A DNA stretch of 53,082 nucleotides from Anaerolineales bacterium (GTDB taxonomy: Bacteria > Chloroflexota > Anaerolineae > Anaerolineales > Villigracilaceae), in contig JAOZOM010000001.1 of NCBI GenBank assembly GCA_029933275.1, positions 1-53,082 of the forward strand, read 5' to 3'. The translations under genes and the position numbers were made by a program. The stretch's first letter is position 1. The number at the start of each line of letters is the position of its first letter. Shown here piece by piece: positions 44,662 through 52,999 of the stretch. The notes beneath the pieces were generated by a model. The model was given only the letters and a program-made list of their open reading frames with translations. It made no database searches and was not told where the DNA came from.

Positions 44662-45222
44662 TTAGGGACCGGTCACCGCCGTAACGGTGATTGTGGAGGT
44701 ATATCCACCTGCACCAACGTGCAAATCCGCGGGGATTTCCAGCGCAAAGCTAGGGTGAATGGCATAAGAACCCATTCCCTCGCCCGTAGCCGCCGAAAGG
44801 AATTTCAACGTACCGGCGTTCGGGATCGGGGTTAAGGTCGTCACCAAAGAAGTCGGTTTCGCATTCCCGTTAATCACCGTTACGTCCGCATCCAATAATT
44901 GGATTTTGAACTCGGTATCGGGTTGCGAAATATCAATCTCTTGACCAGCACCATCGGAGAAATTTGTCGCAGAAATTGCCAAATTCCAACCTGCGCCGGA
45001 GCCACGGGCATCTGTTGCCGTCCAGTTATTTGAACTGGCAGGGCTAATCGAAACCTGATTGGTTCCATCGAGCGTTACGCTGCTCATCACCACATCTGCG
45101 GTAGTGACCGAAAGCGTTCCGCCAATCAAATCAATCGTCCCGCTATCTGCAGCGACAGAAAATGCACTAACCGCCAACAGAGAGAGGGCTAATAAAACAC
45201 CTAAAACTTTTTTGTTCATCAT
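44662..45222 (-). CDS. Secreted WxL-like domain protein (~186 aa)
   Basis: The start is ambiguous (45237, 45222 or 45219). AAAGGAG sits just upstream of the second and third ATG. Signal peptide present. TATDARGSGAGWNLAISATNFSDG matches the D.RG.G.GW.L WxL motif. The C-terminus is YTSTITVTAVTGP. Confidence 0.6.
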   Translation of the reverse strand: MMNKKVLGVLLALSLLAVSAFSVAADSGTIDLIGGTLSVTTADVVMSSVTLDGTNQVSISPASSNNWTATDARGSGAGWNLAISATNFSDGAGQEIDISQPDTEFKIQLLDADVTVINGNAKPTSLVTTLTPIPNAGTLKFLSAATGEGMGSYAIHPSFALEIPADLHVGAGGYTSTITVTAVTGP

Positions 45223-45294
45223 TTTACTCCTTTTCATCTTTAAAGAAATTAAAAAATTGCCAAAATTCCAATATGCGCCTCCTTCGCTTAAATA

Positions 45295-45328
45295 AGAAAT
45301 GGTCTGGAAAGTTTCCAGACCACTTTTT
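45295..45328 (-). terminator. Hairpin terminator downstream of fabD (bidirectional type)
   Basis: Stem GGTCTGGA (45301-45308) / TCCAGACC (45314-45321). A T-run follows on the plus side and AUUUCUUAUU follows on the minus-strand transcript. Confidence 0.5.
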
Positions 45329-45405
45329 TAGCAGGTAATCTGAACTTTCACCTGCCTGTAGTATATAGAAATAAAGGCTTTTATTCGTTGCAATGGAATT
45401 ACAAA

Positions 45406-46347
45406 TCAAGCAAAGAATTTCTCAAAATCTTTCGCCTCGCCGAGCGGAAATCCCTTTTTGCTGCGGTCAATACGGCGCAATAAACCGGTGAGTACATTGC
45501 GGCTGCCCAACTCCACAAAACTTTCCACCCCTTGCGAAATCATATATTGGATGGATTCTGTCCAGCGGACGCGGGAGGTGAGCTGGGCGCGTAAATCCGC
45601 GCGGATTTCTTCTACGGTGGACAGGGGCTTCGCCCCCACGTTCCCAACGACCATTGGGCTTGCTTCCCTTATATCAACTTTATCGAGGGCTTCATCAAAT
45701 TCGCGTTGAATCGCGGACATCAGCGCAGAATGCGGCGCAATACTCACCGCGAGGGGAATGGCGCGGCGCGCACCAGCTTCTTTTGCCAAATCAAGCGCGC
45801 GTCCCAAAGCCGGTTTTGCACCCGAAATCACCACTTGTCCGGGGCAATTATCATTCGCAACTTGAACCACATCATCCCCCTCACTAGCTTCGGCGCAAAC
45901 TTCTTCCAATACAGAGATGTCTACGCCAAGAATGGCAGCCATGCCCCCGGGAGCGGTTTTGCCCGCGTCACGCATCAATTCGCCGCGTTTACGCACAAGG
46001 CGAAGACCCTCTTCAAAGGAGAGGCTTTTTGAAACGACCAATGCGCTTAATTCGCCGAGAGAATGTCCACTAAGGAGGGCAGGCTCAAATTCAGGCGCGT
46101 ACTCAGAGAATATCCGCCACGCAGCAATAGAATGGACGAAGAGTGCGGGTTGAGTATTGGCGGTGTCGTTTAACACGTCCTCCTCCCTCCACATGATTTT
46201 TGAGAGTGAAAATCCTAAAATTTGGTCAGCTTCTTCAAAGGTTTCTCGCGCTAGGGGATAGACTGCGGCGAGTTCGCGCCCCATGCCAAGAGCTTGAGAC
46301 CCCTGACCGGGAAAAAGAAAAGCTGTTTGATTTGGGTTGAGTTTCAT
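45406..46347 (-). CDS. fabD: Malonyl-CoA:ACP transacylase
   Basis: FLFPGQGSQ, the active-site GHSLGE, and the overall length of 313 aa. Confidence 0.9.
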   Translation of the reverse strand: MKLNPNQTAFLFPGQGSQALGMGRELAAVYPLARETFEEADQILGFSLSKIMWREEDVLNDTANTQPALFVHSIAAWRIFSEYAPEFEPALLSGHSLGELSALVVSKSLSFEEGLRLVRKRGELMRDAGKTAPGGMAAILGVDISVLEEVCAEASEGDDVVQVANDNCPGQVVISGAKPALGRALDLAKEAGARRAIPLAVSIAPHSALMSAIQREFDEALDKVDIREASPMVVGNVGAKPLSTVEEIRADLRAQLTSRVRWTESIQYMISQGVESFVELGSRNVLTGLLRRIDRSKKGFPLGEAKDFEKFFA

Positions 46348-46374
46348 ATTTTCTCCTACCCCCCCTTAAAACAC

Positions 46375-46404
46375 AAAAGAGCCATGATGGTCACGGCTCT
46401 TTTT
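46375..46404 (-). terminator. Putative terminator downstream of rpmF
   Basis: Stem AAAAGAGCC (46375-46383) / GGCTCTTTT (46395-46403). On the minus strand it is followed by GUGUUUU. Confidence 0.45.
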
Positions 46405-46414
46405 GATCTTCGAG

Positions 46415-46603
46415 TTATTTATCGCTTTTAATTTCGATAACTTCTCGACCTTTGTAAAAGCCACATTCAGGGCAAACAGTATGCGGCAGACGCATTGCAC
46501 CGCAGTTGCTACAAGTGGTTAGACTACGGGCGGTGAGAAAATCGTGGGCGCGGCGGCGATCGCGACGACCTTTGGAAATTTTACGCTTTGGCAGTGGGGT
46601 CAT
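46415..46603 (-). CDS. rpmF: 50S ribosomal protein L32
   Basis: 62 aa. [20 protein letters not shown]... with Zn-ribbon cysteines CSNCG...CPECG. Confidence 0.9.
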   Translation of the reverse strand: MTPLPKRKISKGRRDRRRAHDFLTARSLTTCSNCGAMRLPHTVCPECGFYKGREVIEIKSDK

Positions 46604-46721
46604 GCTACTATCTCCTTAATACAAGAATCGGGCATTGCCCGATATATTTTCTAAACAAGCGGGCTGATTATAGTGGTGTTAGCTAGTGACGTCAAGAGCA
46701 ATTTGTTGTACAATTCAGGGC

Positions 46722-47432
46722 ATGGATATTAAAATTGCAACCGCCAAAATTAGCAAATATGCCGTTTCAAAAAGCGGAGATACTGTTGAGATTATTGAAC
46801 GTCCCAACGGAGGGCTTTCTGTCGTTTTAGCCGATGGGCAGACTTCAGGACGAGGGGCAAAAGCCGTTTCGATGATGGTTGTCCGCAAAGTGATCGGTTT
46901 ACTCGCCGAGGGCGTTCGGGACGGTGCCGCGGCACGCGCCGCATCAGATTATTTGTACATGGAAAAAATGGGGAAAGTTTCTTCTACGCTTAATATCGCC
47001 TCGGTTGATCTGAAAACGAAAACGGTAGTGCTCACGCGGAATAATCCCGCTCCGACTTATATTTGTCATGGCGACCAACTTAATATTCTCAAGACCGATA
47101 GCTCCCCGATCGGGATTGCACGAAATATCCGCCCTTCGATCAGCGAAATCGAATTAAAATCGGGTTTAACCATCGTCATTTATACCGATGGCTTGACTCA
47201 CGCAGGAAAAAGAAAAGGGGAACCAATGAATATCAGCGGAGCGATGCAAGTCGCACTGGATGTTGAAAACCCCTCCCCGCAAGAAATTGCCGATTCTCTC
47301 CTCGCACATGCGATGCGTTTAGACGATAACCGTCCCGCCGATGATATTAGCGTGGTTGTCATTCGGGTTGATTCTGAAGAAGTAGATAATGTCCGCAGAA
47401 TGAGTGTTTCATTGCCGGTTGAGCATCTCTAA
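46722..47432 (+). CDS. SpoIIE/PP2C-like serine phosphatase domain protein
   Basis: I prefer the ATG at 46722 (MDIKIATAK...) over the GTG at 46686. SGDTVEII...VVLADGQTSGRGAK...IYTDGLTHAG...DDISVVVIRV follows the SpoIIE/PP2C metal-binding Asp pattern. Confidence 0.7.
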   Translation: MDIKIATAKISKYAVSKSGDTVEIIERPNGGLSVVLADGQTSGRGAKAVSMMVVRKVIGLLAEGVRDGAAARAASDYLYMEKMGKVSSTLNIASVDLKTKTVVLTRNNPAPTYICHGDQLNILKTDSSPIGIARNIRPSISEIELKSGLTIVIYTDGLTHAGKRKGEPMNISGAMQVALDVENPSPQEIADSLLAHAMRLDDNRPADDISVVVIRVDSEEVDNVRRMSVSLPVEHL

Positions 47433-47739
47433 AGACGTGAGGGGCAGGGCTGCTCGGTTCTACATGCAAATATTCGGTTTTCCATTTGAAACACCTTTTT
47501 CTTCGCAAAAGACCTTGAGCAAGTAAAAAAACATCTCCTTTTAGAAGAAAAAGCCGAGTATCTTAGGAAATCTTTCGCACAAAATCATTACGAAATACGT
47601 TTTGCACAATATGAAGTTAGTGTTGTTTTAGTTCGCAAAAAGGAAAAAACAGATATGCACCCGAACGGCGAAAAAGAACTTTCAAAAAATGATATTCTTG
47701 CGGTCTTAGGAAATCCCTCGCAACTTAATTTGCTTGTCC

Positions 47740-48096
47740 ATGACAATCACTAAAAATATCTTCGTAATCGGGGTCGTTGGACCTTGCTCCTCGGGGAAGT
47801 CAACTTTAGTAGCAGGCTTAGTAAAACACGGCATTTACGCTAGAAATATCGCTCAAGAACATTCTTTCGTTAAAGATATGTGGAGGCGTTTGACTAATCC
47901 GGACATACTCATCTTTTTAGATGTCTCTTATTCCATTGCTCAAGAGCGCCGAAAATTAAATTGGAATACAGAGGAATACAAGGAACAAAAACACCGTCTC
48001 CGAGACGCGCGTCAACATGCCAATTTTTATTTGGACACCAATGAACTAAGCCCCGAAGAAGTTCTCGGAAAAGTACTAACGGTCTTAAAAAATTGA
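47740..48096 (+). CDS. Small P-loop NTPase/kinase-like protein
   Basis: Walker A GVVGPCSSGKSTL. ~118 aa. I prefer the ATG at 47740; the ORF-track start at 47734 is a TTG. Confidence 0.6.
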   Translation: MTITKNIFVIGVVGPCSSGKSTLVAGLVKHGIYARNIAQEHSFVKDMWRRLTNPDILIFLDVSYSIAQERRKLNWNTEEYKEQKHRLRDARQHANFYLDTNELSPEEVLGKVLTVLKN

Positions 48097-48213
48097 AGAG
48101 AATTCCCACACTCATTTTCCTCTACATATTTCCCCGTCTCACCCCAAAAGGGTGTATAATCTCATCCGCCGCCAGAGCATTGGTGGTATTTTTATGAATT
48201 GGAGTAGAAGTCT

Positions 48214-49578
48214 ATGATAAAACGCCAAAATACCCGTTTAATTGTGATTGTCATCCTAATCGCCCTTGCCCTTTGGGTTGATATGAATGACACACTTACA
48301 ATTAGCAACCCTTTCAATGGAAAGGTTCTTTACGAACACAATGTTAAAGCCCAATTGGGACTTGACCTACGCGGCGGCTTACAAGTTTTGCTTGAAGCCG
48401 ATCTACCCGAAAGTGTTGATATTTCGACAGATTCAATGGAAGTCGCTCGCGGAGTCATTGAAAATCGAACCAATGCTTTGGGCGTTTCTGAAAATGTAGT
48501 TCAACTAGCAGGAGATCGCCGTATTGTTGGCGAATTTCCCGGCTTAGAAGACACCGAAGGTGTTATCGCCGTCATACAACAAACAGGTTTGCTGGAATTT
48601 GTGGATATGGGTGACACACCCCTCCCCGCGGGGACACTCATCGAAACCGACTATGGTCTCGGTGAAAATGCCATTCCCGCAGAAAGCACTGATCCAGAAG
48701 CTCCAACTGTCTATCATACAGTAATGACAGGAGCCGCACTTGATGATGTTGGCGTTTCTCAAAGTCAAATGGGAGAATTTCAAATCTCCTTTGCTCTCAA
48801 AGATGACGGAAGCGATATTTTCGCTGAATATACATCTACACATATTGAGCAATATCTCGCCATTGTTTTGGATAAAGTCATCATCTCGGCTCCTCGTATC
48901 CAAAGCGCAATCACTGGTGGAAGCGGTGTTATCACCGGTCAATTTGACTATGAAAGCGCAAACGCACTCGTCGTCCAATTGCGCTACGGCTCTTTGCCAG
49001 TCCCGCTCAAAATTGTAGAAAGCCGCATCATCGGACCGACACTTGGCGAAGATTCTCTCCAACGCTCCTTACAAGCAGGATTAATCGGTATCATCATCGT
49101 AGTCCTCTTCATGGGCATCTACTATCGCCTCCCCGGTATCACGGCAGATATATCCATTCTTCTTTATGCCGCCATCGCCTTTGCCATCTTCAAGTGGATT
49201 GGCGTAACCCTCACCTTGCCCGGCATCGCCGGCTTCATGTTGAGTACAGGCTCCGCACTAGATGCGAATATTCTCGTCTTCGAGCGTTTCAAAGAAGAAT
49301 TACGGAGCGGCAGACCACTCAAACAAGCTTTCGACATGGCTTGGTCGCGTGCTTGGCCCTCCATCCGAGACTCAAACGCAGCAACGCTCATCACATCAGC
49401 GATTCTTTTCTGGTTTGGCAACACTTTTGGAGCAAGCATGGTCAAAGGCTTTGCCATCACCCTCGCTCTTGGTGTTTTGATTTCGCTATTCTCCGCAATT
49501 TACATCACGCGAACACTGCTTGCGACGACCCTCGACAACGTCAAAATCAACAACTACAAACGTTGGTTTGGCATTTAG
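48214..49578 (+). CDS. secD: Protein translocase subunit SecD
   Basis: N-terminal TM helix, a large periplasmic-type domain (LGLDLRGG), and a C-terminal 5-TM bundle (GIAGFMLSTGSALDANILVFERFKEE). Confidence 0.9.
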   Translation: MIKRQNTRLIVIVILIALALWVDMNDTLTISNPFNGKVLYEHNVKAQLGLDLRGGLQVLLEADLPESVDISTDSMEVARGVIENRTNALGVSENVVQLAGDRRIVGEFPGLEDTEGVIAVIQQTGLLEFVDMGDTPLPAGTLIETDYGLGENAIPAESTDPEAPTVYHTVMTGAALDDVGVSQSQMGEFQISFALKDDGSDIFAEYTSTHIEQYLAIVLDKVIISAPRIQSAITGGSGVITGQFDYESANALVVQLRYGSLPVPLKIVESRIIGPTLGEDSLQRSLQAGLIGIIIVVLFMGIYYRLPGITADISILLYAAIAFAIFKWIGVTLTLPGIAGFMLSTGSALDANILVFERFKEELRSGRPLKQAFDMAWSRAWPSIRDSNAATLITSAILFWFGNTFGASMVKGFAITLALGVLISLFSAIYITRTLLATTLDNVKINNYKRWFGI

Positions 49579-49587
49579 GAGCACCGT

Positions 49588-50499
49588 ATGAATATTCTCG
49601 GTAAACGCTATATCTTCTTCACCGTATCTTTCTTTCTGATTGTTCCCGGGTTAATTCTCCTCTTCATGGGAAAATTACCCCTCTCTATTGATTTCACCGG
49701 TGGCAGTCTTCTTGAAGTGACCTTTGAGGGCACGCCTCCCCAACCCTCCGAAGTCCTCGCCCTTTATAAAGAAAGCGGTATCAAAGACCCACAAGTCCAA
49801 ACCACAGAAACCGGCGGCATCATCATTCGCTCAGAATTCTTAGACACCGTCAAACGCGACAAAGTACTAACCGCCATGAGTGAAAACTTCGGTAAAACCA
49901 CCGTCCAACGCTTCGACAGTGTCGGACCCAGCATCGGAAAACAAGTCACCTCCCGTGCTGCGATGGCAGTCACTGTTTCATCGCTTTTAGTAGTACTCTT
50001 CATCGCGTGGTCATTCCGCGGCGTAAAAGGAGCCTACCGCTACGGCATCTCCGCCGTCCTCGCCATGATTCACGATGTCGCCATCATCTTTAGCATCTCT
50101 GCTTGGGGAGGGCTACTCTTTGGTTGGGAAATGGACTCCCTCTTCCTCACCGCGCTCCTCACCGTAATCGGTTTCTCCATGCAAGATTCTATTGTGGTTT
50201 TCGACCGCATCCGCGAGAACTCAAGCGCCTTGCGCCGTTTAGATTATGAAGTTCTCGTAAATCATTCCATTGTCCAAACTTTACAACGCTCCATCAACAC
50301 CCAGTTGATGACAGTAGAATTTTTGCTCCTCGCCCTCGCCTTCTTTGGCGGCATTACTTTACGTCAATTCGTTGTCGTCCTTCTCGTTGGTCTGATGAGC
50401 GGAACATACTCATCTATCTTTGTCGCAGCCCCCATCTTAGTCGTCTGGGAAAAGAAAGAATGGCGTAACTGGTTCAAAAAAACCAAAGTAACCGCATAA
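49588..50499 (+). CDS. secF: Protein translocase subunit SecF
   Basis: IDFTGGSLLEV, MIHDV.I..S, and SMQDSIVVFDRIREN. It starts 9 nt after secD. Confidence 0.9.
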   Translation: MNILGKRYIFFTVSFFLIVPGLILLFMGKLPLSIDFTGGSLLEVTFEGTPPQPSEVLALYKESGIKDPQVQTTETGGIIIRSEFLDTVKRDKVLTAMSENFGKTTVQRFDSVGPSIGKQVTSRAAMAVTVSSLLVVLFIAWSFRGVKGAYRYGISAVLAMIHDVAIIFSISAWGGLLFGWEMDSLFLTALLTVIGFSMQDSIVVFDRIRENSSALRRLDYEVLVNHSIVQTLQRSINTQLMTVEFLLLALAFFGGITLRQFVVVLLVGLMSGTYSSIFVAAPILVVWEKKEWRNWFKKTKVTA

Positions 50500-50513
50500 A
50501 GAAAAAATAAAGT

Positions 50514-50546
50514 AAAATGGCGCATCGAATGATGCGCCATTTTTTG
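50514..50546 (+). terminator. Rho-independent terminator of secDF
   Basis: Stem ATGGCGCATC (50517-50526) / GATGCGCCAT (50531-50540), loop GAAT, then TTTTT. Confidence 0.8.
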
Positions 50547-50574
50547 TTTAACACTATTCAAAAAGGAATCTAGG

Positions 50575-51495
50575 ATGAAACCAACAGCTCTCCTGCTTTT
50601 AACATTTTCTGTCTTAATCAGCGCATGTGCCACTCCGGCAGAATCCACTGCGGAACCACCCACAATTCAACCTGCTACCGCGCCCCCAACATCTGCCCCG
50701 CCCAAAACACCCATCCCCGCCACAGAATCTCTCGCTCCGACCGAAATACCCCCTACTAAAGAGATTTGGCTTCCTCCTCTTGATAGCAGCTTCTCATGGC
50801 AACTCGGTAGCGGAGAAGAGATCAATACCTCCTTTGACGTAGATATTTACGACCTCGATGCTTTTGAAACGGAAGCAAGCCTAATTTCACGTCTGCACTC
50901 GCAGGGCAAAAAAGCCTTTTGCTACATCTCTGTTGGGAGTTGGGAAGATTGGCGCGAGGACGCGGCAGATTTCCCGTCCGAAATTATCGGCAAAGATTAC
51001 GAGGGCTGGGAAGGCGAAAAATGGCTCGATATCCGCCAAATCGACCTACTCGCCCCCATCATGCGCGCCCGCCTAGATATGTGTGCCGCAAAAGGTTTCG
51101 ATGGGATTGAGCCAGATAATATTGACCTCCACTGGGCAGATACGGGATTTGAGATCAGTTACGAAGACCAGCTCGCCTATAATATTTGGCTATCCGAAGA
51201 AGCGCACGAGCGCGGGCTCTCGATCGGGCTAAAAAATGATGACGAGCAAGTACTTGATTTGCTCCCCTATTTCGATTGGGCTCTCACCGAAGATTGTTTT
51301 ATGGGCGAATGGTGCGAGGAAATGCTTCCCTTTATCGAAGCGGGAAAACCTGTTTTTGCGGTTGAATATACCGATGAAATCAACTACGAAGATTTTCTCT
51401 CGAATATCTGCCCCCAAGCCAGGGAACTGGGCTTCTACGTCATCCTAAAAAATCGCAATTTAGATGAGTTTAGAGAAATCTGCTCTAGCGAATAA
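50575..51495 (+). CDS. GH114-like (endo-alpha-1,4-polygalactosaminidase family) lipoprotein
   Basis: Lipobox LISAC, then a Pro/Thr/Ala-rich linker. FSWQL...YDLD...KAFCYISVGSWEDWR.D...WLDIR...GFDGIEPDNID matches my recollection of the GH114/TM1410-like TIM-barrel pattern. Confidence 0.65.
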   Translation: MKPTALLLLTFSVLISACATPAESTAEPPTIQPATAPPTSAPPKTPIPATESLAPTEIPPTKEIWLPPLDSSFSWQLGSGEEINTSFDVDIYDLDAFETEASLISRLHSQGKKAFCYISVGSWEDWREDAADFPSEIIGKDYEGWEGEKWLDIRQIDLLAPIMRARLDMCAAKGFDGIEPDNIDLHWADTGFEISYEDQLAYNIWLSEEAHERGLSIGLKNDDEQVLDLLPYFDWALTEDCFMGEWCEEMLPFIEAGKPVFAVEYTDEINYEDFLSNICPQARELGFYVILKNRNLDEFREICSSE

Positions 51496-51511
51496 AACTT
51501 CCCCCTTCTAG

Positions 51512-51552
51512 TTTTCGCCACAGATTTCAAAGAATGCAATCTGTAGCGAAAA
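51512..51552. terminator. Bidirectional hairpin between the convergent GH114-like and MATE genes
   Basis: TTTTCGCCACAGATT (51512-51526) pairs with AATCTGTAGCGAAAA (51538-51552) with one mismatch. Confidence 0.6.
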
Positions 51553-51557
51553 TTAGA

Positions 51558-52922
51558 TTAAGCAGTCACCCCAACTAAATCGTGAATCCATTTACGGGAA
51601 CGGTAACGGCGCAGAATGATAATCGCCTTAACCGCTTCTTCGCTTAAAACCAAGAGATAAACACCATAAACGGGCAGATGCAGAACAAATCCGCCAATCA
51701 ACGCCGCGGGAACACCAATTACCCAAATTGAGAAAATCTCCATAAACATCGCAAAACGCGTATCCCCCCCTGCGCGTAAAGCTCCGACAAAGAGAATAAA
51801 ATTAATAGAGCGCAACCAAAGCGTTAGCGCAAAAATGGTCAATAATTTATATACATTCGAGGCAACTTCATCCGAAACTTCATATAATCCAATTATCGGC
51901 ATCCGCAAAAACAGGATGCTAATGCCCAAAAAGATCGCTATCAAGATGATGATAATCAAAAATCGGCGACTATATTCAAACGCCAATTCGATCTCATTTT
52001 CTCCAATTTTATTACCAATCATAATAGCACAAGCGTTTCCTAATCCTATAAAGAGGACAAAGGCGATTTCCTCGATAGAGGCATTAATTTGCACAGCGGC
52101 AACTGCATTTGTGCTGATATGAGCATAAACAGCCATGTAGATCGTAATTCCTATCGACCAGAAAACTTCGTTTACAGCGGCAGGCATAGCTGTTTTTAAA
52201 ATTTTAGAGAGAAAAACACGATCAAAGCGAAAAAACTGACGTGGATGCGTAGCTAAGGGTGTTTTAAGATAATAGACCAAGAAAATCGTGAAAAGAAATT
52301 GTAACCCCCAAGCAAAGGCGGTCGCGATTCCCGCACCGCGTACACCTAACTCGGGAAAAATCCAAATACCAAAAATCAATGCGTAGCCAAGCAGGGACTT
52401 AAGAATAAGCGCAACCACACTAATAAGAACGGTCATCTTGACCAGCATAATGCTCCGCAATACCGCGAAATAAGAAGTCACGATTGCCGTAAAAACATAG
52501 GATAATCCGACAATCCGCAAGTAGCTGCTCCCCAGCGCAATAACTTCTTGGTCTTTGGTATAAAAACCGAGAACTGTTTCGGGGAAGAGAGTTGCCGCGA
52601 GAGAAAATAATATCCCGACCGCGGAGGCAATCGTTACGCTAATTCCCAGCACATTGCGGATATTTTCTATATCCCTTTTCCCCCAGTATTGCGCGGCAAA
52701 AATTGCCATCCCACTGGTGATGCCAAAGAGAAAAACAATTAGCAAAAAGAAAACCTGATTTGCCAACCCCAGCGCGGCGATGGAGGTCTCGCCCAATTGC
52801 CCGACCATCAACACGTCCACCATATTCACACCGGCGGAAATAAATTGCTGAAAGGCAACTGGAACAGCTAATCCCAGCATAGAGCGGATGAATTTTTTGT
52901 CACGAAAAAAAGATAGATTCAT
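51558..52922 (-). CDS. MATE-family efflux transporter
   Basis: 12 hydrophobic helices. The N-terminus LGLAVPVAFQQFISAGVNMVDVLMVGQLG..SIAALGLANQ is typical of MATE/NorM-like pumps. Confidence 0.85.
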   Translation of the reverse strand: MNLSFFRDKKFIRSMLGLAVPVAFQQFISAGVNMVDVLMVGQLGETSIAALGLANQVFFLLIVFLFGITSGMAIFAAQYWGKRDIENIRNVLGISVTIASAVGILFSLAATLFPETVLGFYTKDQEVIALGSSYLRIVGLSYVFTAIVTSYFAVLRSIMLVKMTVLISVVALILKSLLGYALIFGIWIFPELGVRGAGIATAFAWGLQFLFTIFLVYYLKTPLATHPRQFFRFDRVFLSKILKTAMPAAVNEVFWSIGITIYMAVYAHISTNAVAAVQINASIEEIAFVLFIGLGNACAIMIGNKIGENEIELAFEYSRRFLIIIILIAIFLGISILFLRMPIIGLYEVSDEVASNVYKLLTIFALTLWLRSINFILFVGALRAGGDTRFAMFMEIFSIWVIGVPAALIGGFVLHLPVYGVYLLVLSEEAVKAIIILRRYRSRKWIHDLVGVTA

Positions 52923-52930
52923 ATTGACCT

Positions 52931-52969
52931 AAAAAAGCAGTTTTTGATGAATGTCTCATCAAAAACTGC
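52931..52969 (-). terminator. Rho-independent terminator of the upstream GT2-like gene
   Basis: Stem GCAGTTTTTGATGA (52937-52950) / TCATCAAAAACTGC (52956-52969). On the minus strand it is followed by TTTTTT (52931-52936). Confidence 0.75.
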
Positions 52970-52999
52970 CTGAAAATTCTTTGAGCAAACACTCAGAGG

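Noticed and set aside
48141-48160. Small hairpin CACCC-CAAAA-GGGTG followed by TATAAT (48155-48160) upstream of secD, as a possible promoter or terminator.
   Set aside because: The 5-bp stem has no T-run, so it is not a convincing terminator. The TATAAT lacks a recognisable -35 at 17 bp. I noted it but it is too weak to call as a feature.
1015-49460. Numerous 60-170-aa antisense or alternate-frame ORFs in the track. Examples: 1015-1215 (-), 8306-8653 (-), 24772-25197 (+), 37048-37473 (-), 39704-40153 (-), 41424-41831 (-), 48544-49062 (-), 49194-49604 (+).
   Set aside because: All lie inside longer ORFs that carry clear family motifs. They have biased or low-complexity composition (Arg/Ser/Pro-rich), no RBS and no recognisable motifs. 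They are typical shadow ORFs.
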